Shown: in pieces, positions 63,901 through 64,000 of the stretch
Position numbering within the stretch: position 1 is the first letter of the stretch
Layout of the letters: the number at the start of each line of letters is the position of its first letter
NCBI GenBank assembly: GCA_950097015.1
Contig: CATNEN010000034.1
Span: 1,612,001-1,676,000, forward strand
Origin: Macrostomum hystrix
Lineage: Eukaryota; Animalia; Platyhelminthes
DNA length: 64,000 bases
Reading direction: 5' to 3'
Position numbers and translations under genes: made by a program
The notes under the pieces: generated by a model
The model's input: only the letters and a program-made list of their open reading frames with translations
Told to the model about the DNA's origin: nothing
Database searches by the model: none

Positions 63901-64000
63901 CCTGCACAATCTATGCTATGATTCAATCGCCGCTTACCGTGGCGGACGTGAAGGTGTAGTCGTATCCGTCGGGGTTAACCACGGGCATGAAGTACCAGTC
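60951..64000 (-). CDS. M14A zinc metallocarboxypeptidase paralog 3 (partial; 5' exons beyond the window)
   Basis: Minus-strand exons >64000-63938 ([21 protein letters not shown]), 63210-62917 (TRFWRKTR...DANRNF...SFHSYGQYWLTPPAF), 62305-62218 (IRMGNIG...GQTANIGL) and 61138-60951 (YEAAGGSFDW...FTLELR...AALP*). Intron positions and phases match paralogs 1 and 2. Confidence 0.92.
61240..61980. repeat. 16-bp pyrimidine-rich minisatellite (CTGTCTCATCTCTCCC)n in the last intron of carboxypeptidase 3
   Basis: Direct tandem repetition. Confidence 0.96.
62403..62800. repeat. 18-bp minisatellite (CACTGTGATCCCCATATC)n in an intron of carboxypeptidase 3
   Basis: About 22 essentially perfect copies. Confidence 0.97.
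63228..63912. repeat. 26/28-bp minisatellite (ATGGGACTGTGATCCCTGCACAATCC)n in an intron of carboxypeptidase 3
   Basis: Direct tandem repetition with GACTCTGTG variants. Confidence 0.96.

Noticed and set aside
2164-63909. Low-complexity ORFs over minisatellites (SLTPL, SDLQSEGV, MVAQSNPW, IPEFP, MNMGIN, SHLSPVSS, CDPHIH, CRDHSP etc.)
   Set aside because: They are by-products of stop-free short repeat units lying in introns or intergenic DNA, and are open in several frames at once.

Overview
Intron-containing eukaryotic DNA, probably from an invertebrate animal. The short GT-AG introns, GC3-rich exons and minisatellite-stuffed introns would fit a Macrostomum-like flatworm, but the organism cannot be established from this window. 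Layout: (1) the 3' end of a caveolin-like gene at the left edge; (2) two tandem M14A zinc carboxypeptidase genes on + (2174-5025, 6371-10856) and a third paralog on - that runs off the right edge (60951->64000); (3) between them, one uninterrupted minus-strand gene (49583->11684) that would encode about 12,600 aa if a single extra base at ~42290 is an assembly error. That protein has an MGxxxSK myristoylation motif, a coiled coil, a SecA-type ATPase with intact motifs, TPR-like helices, a Gly-rich hydrophobic hairpin region and a Lys-rich linker. It ends in about 261 near-identical 40-aa (120-bp) beta-strand-patterned repeats, each carrying RGD or KGD. This is the standout candidate for an undescribed system. 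(4) A decayed PIF/Harbinger transposon (transposase plus Myb/SANT partner) with a nested SINE and a nested MITE; (5) a disrupted DEG/ENaC-like gene; (6) many minisatellites, tRNA-derived SINE copies and two solo-LTR-like repeats. All exon coordinates, counts and alignments were made by eye; no database searches were run.
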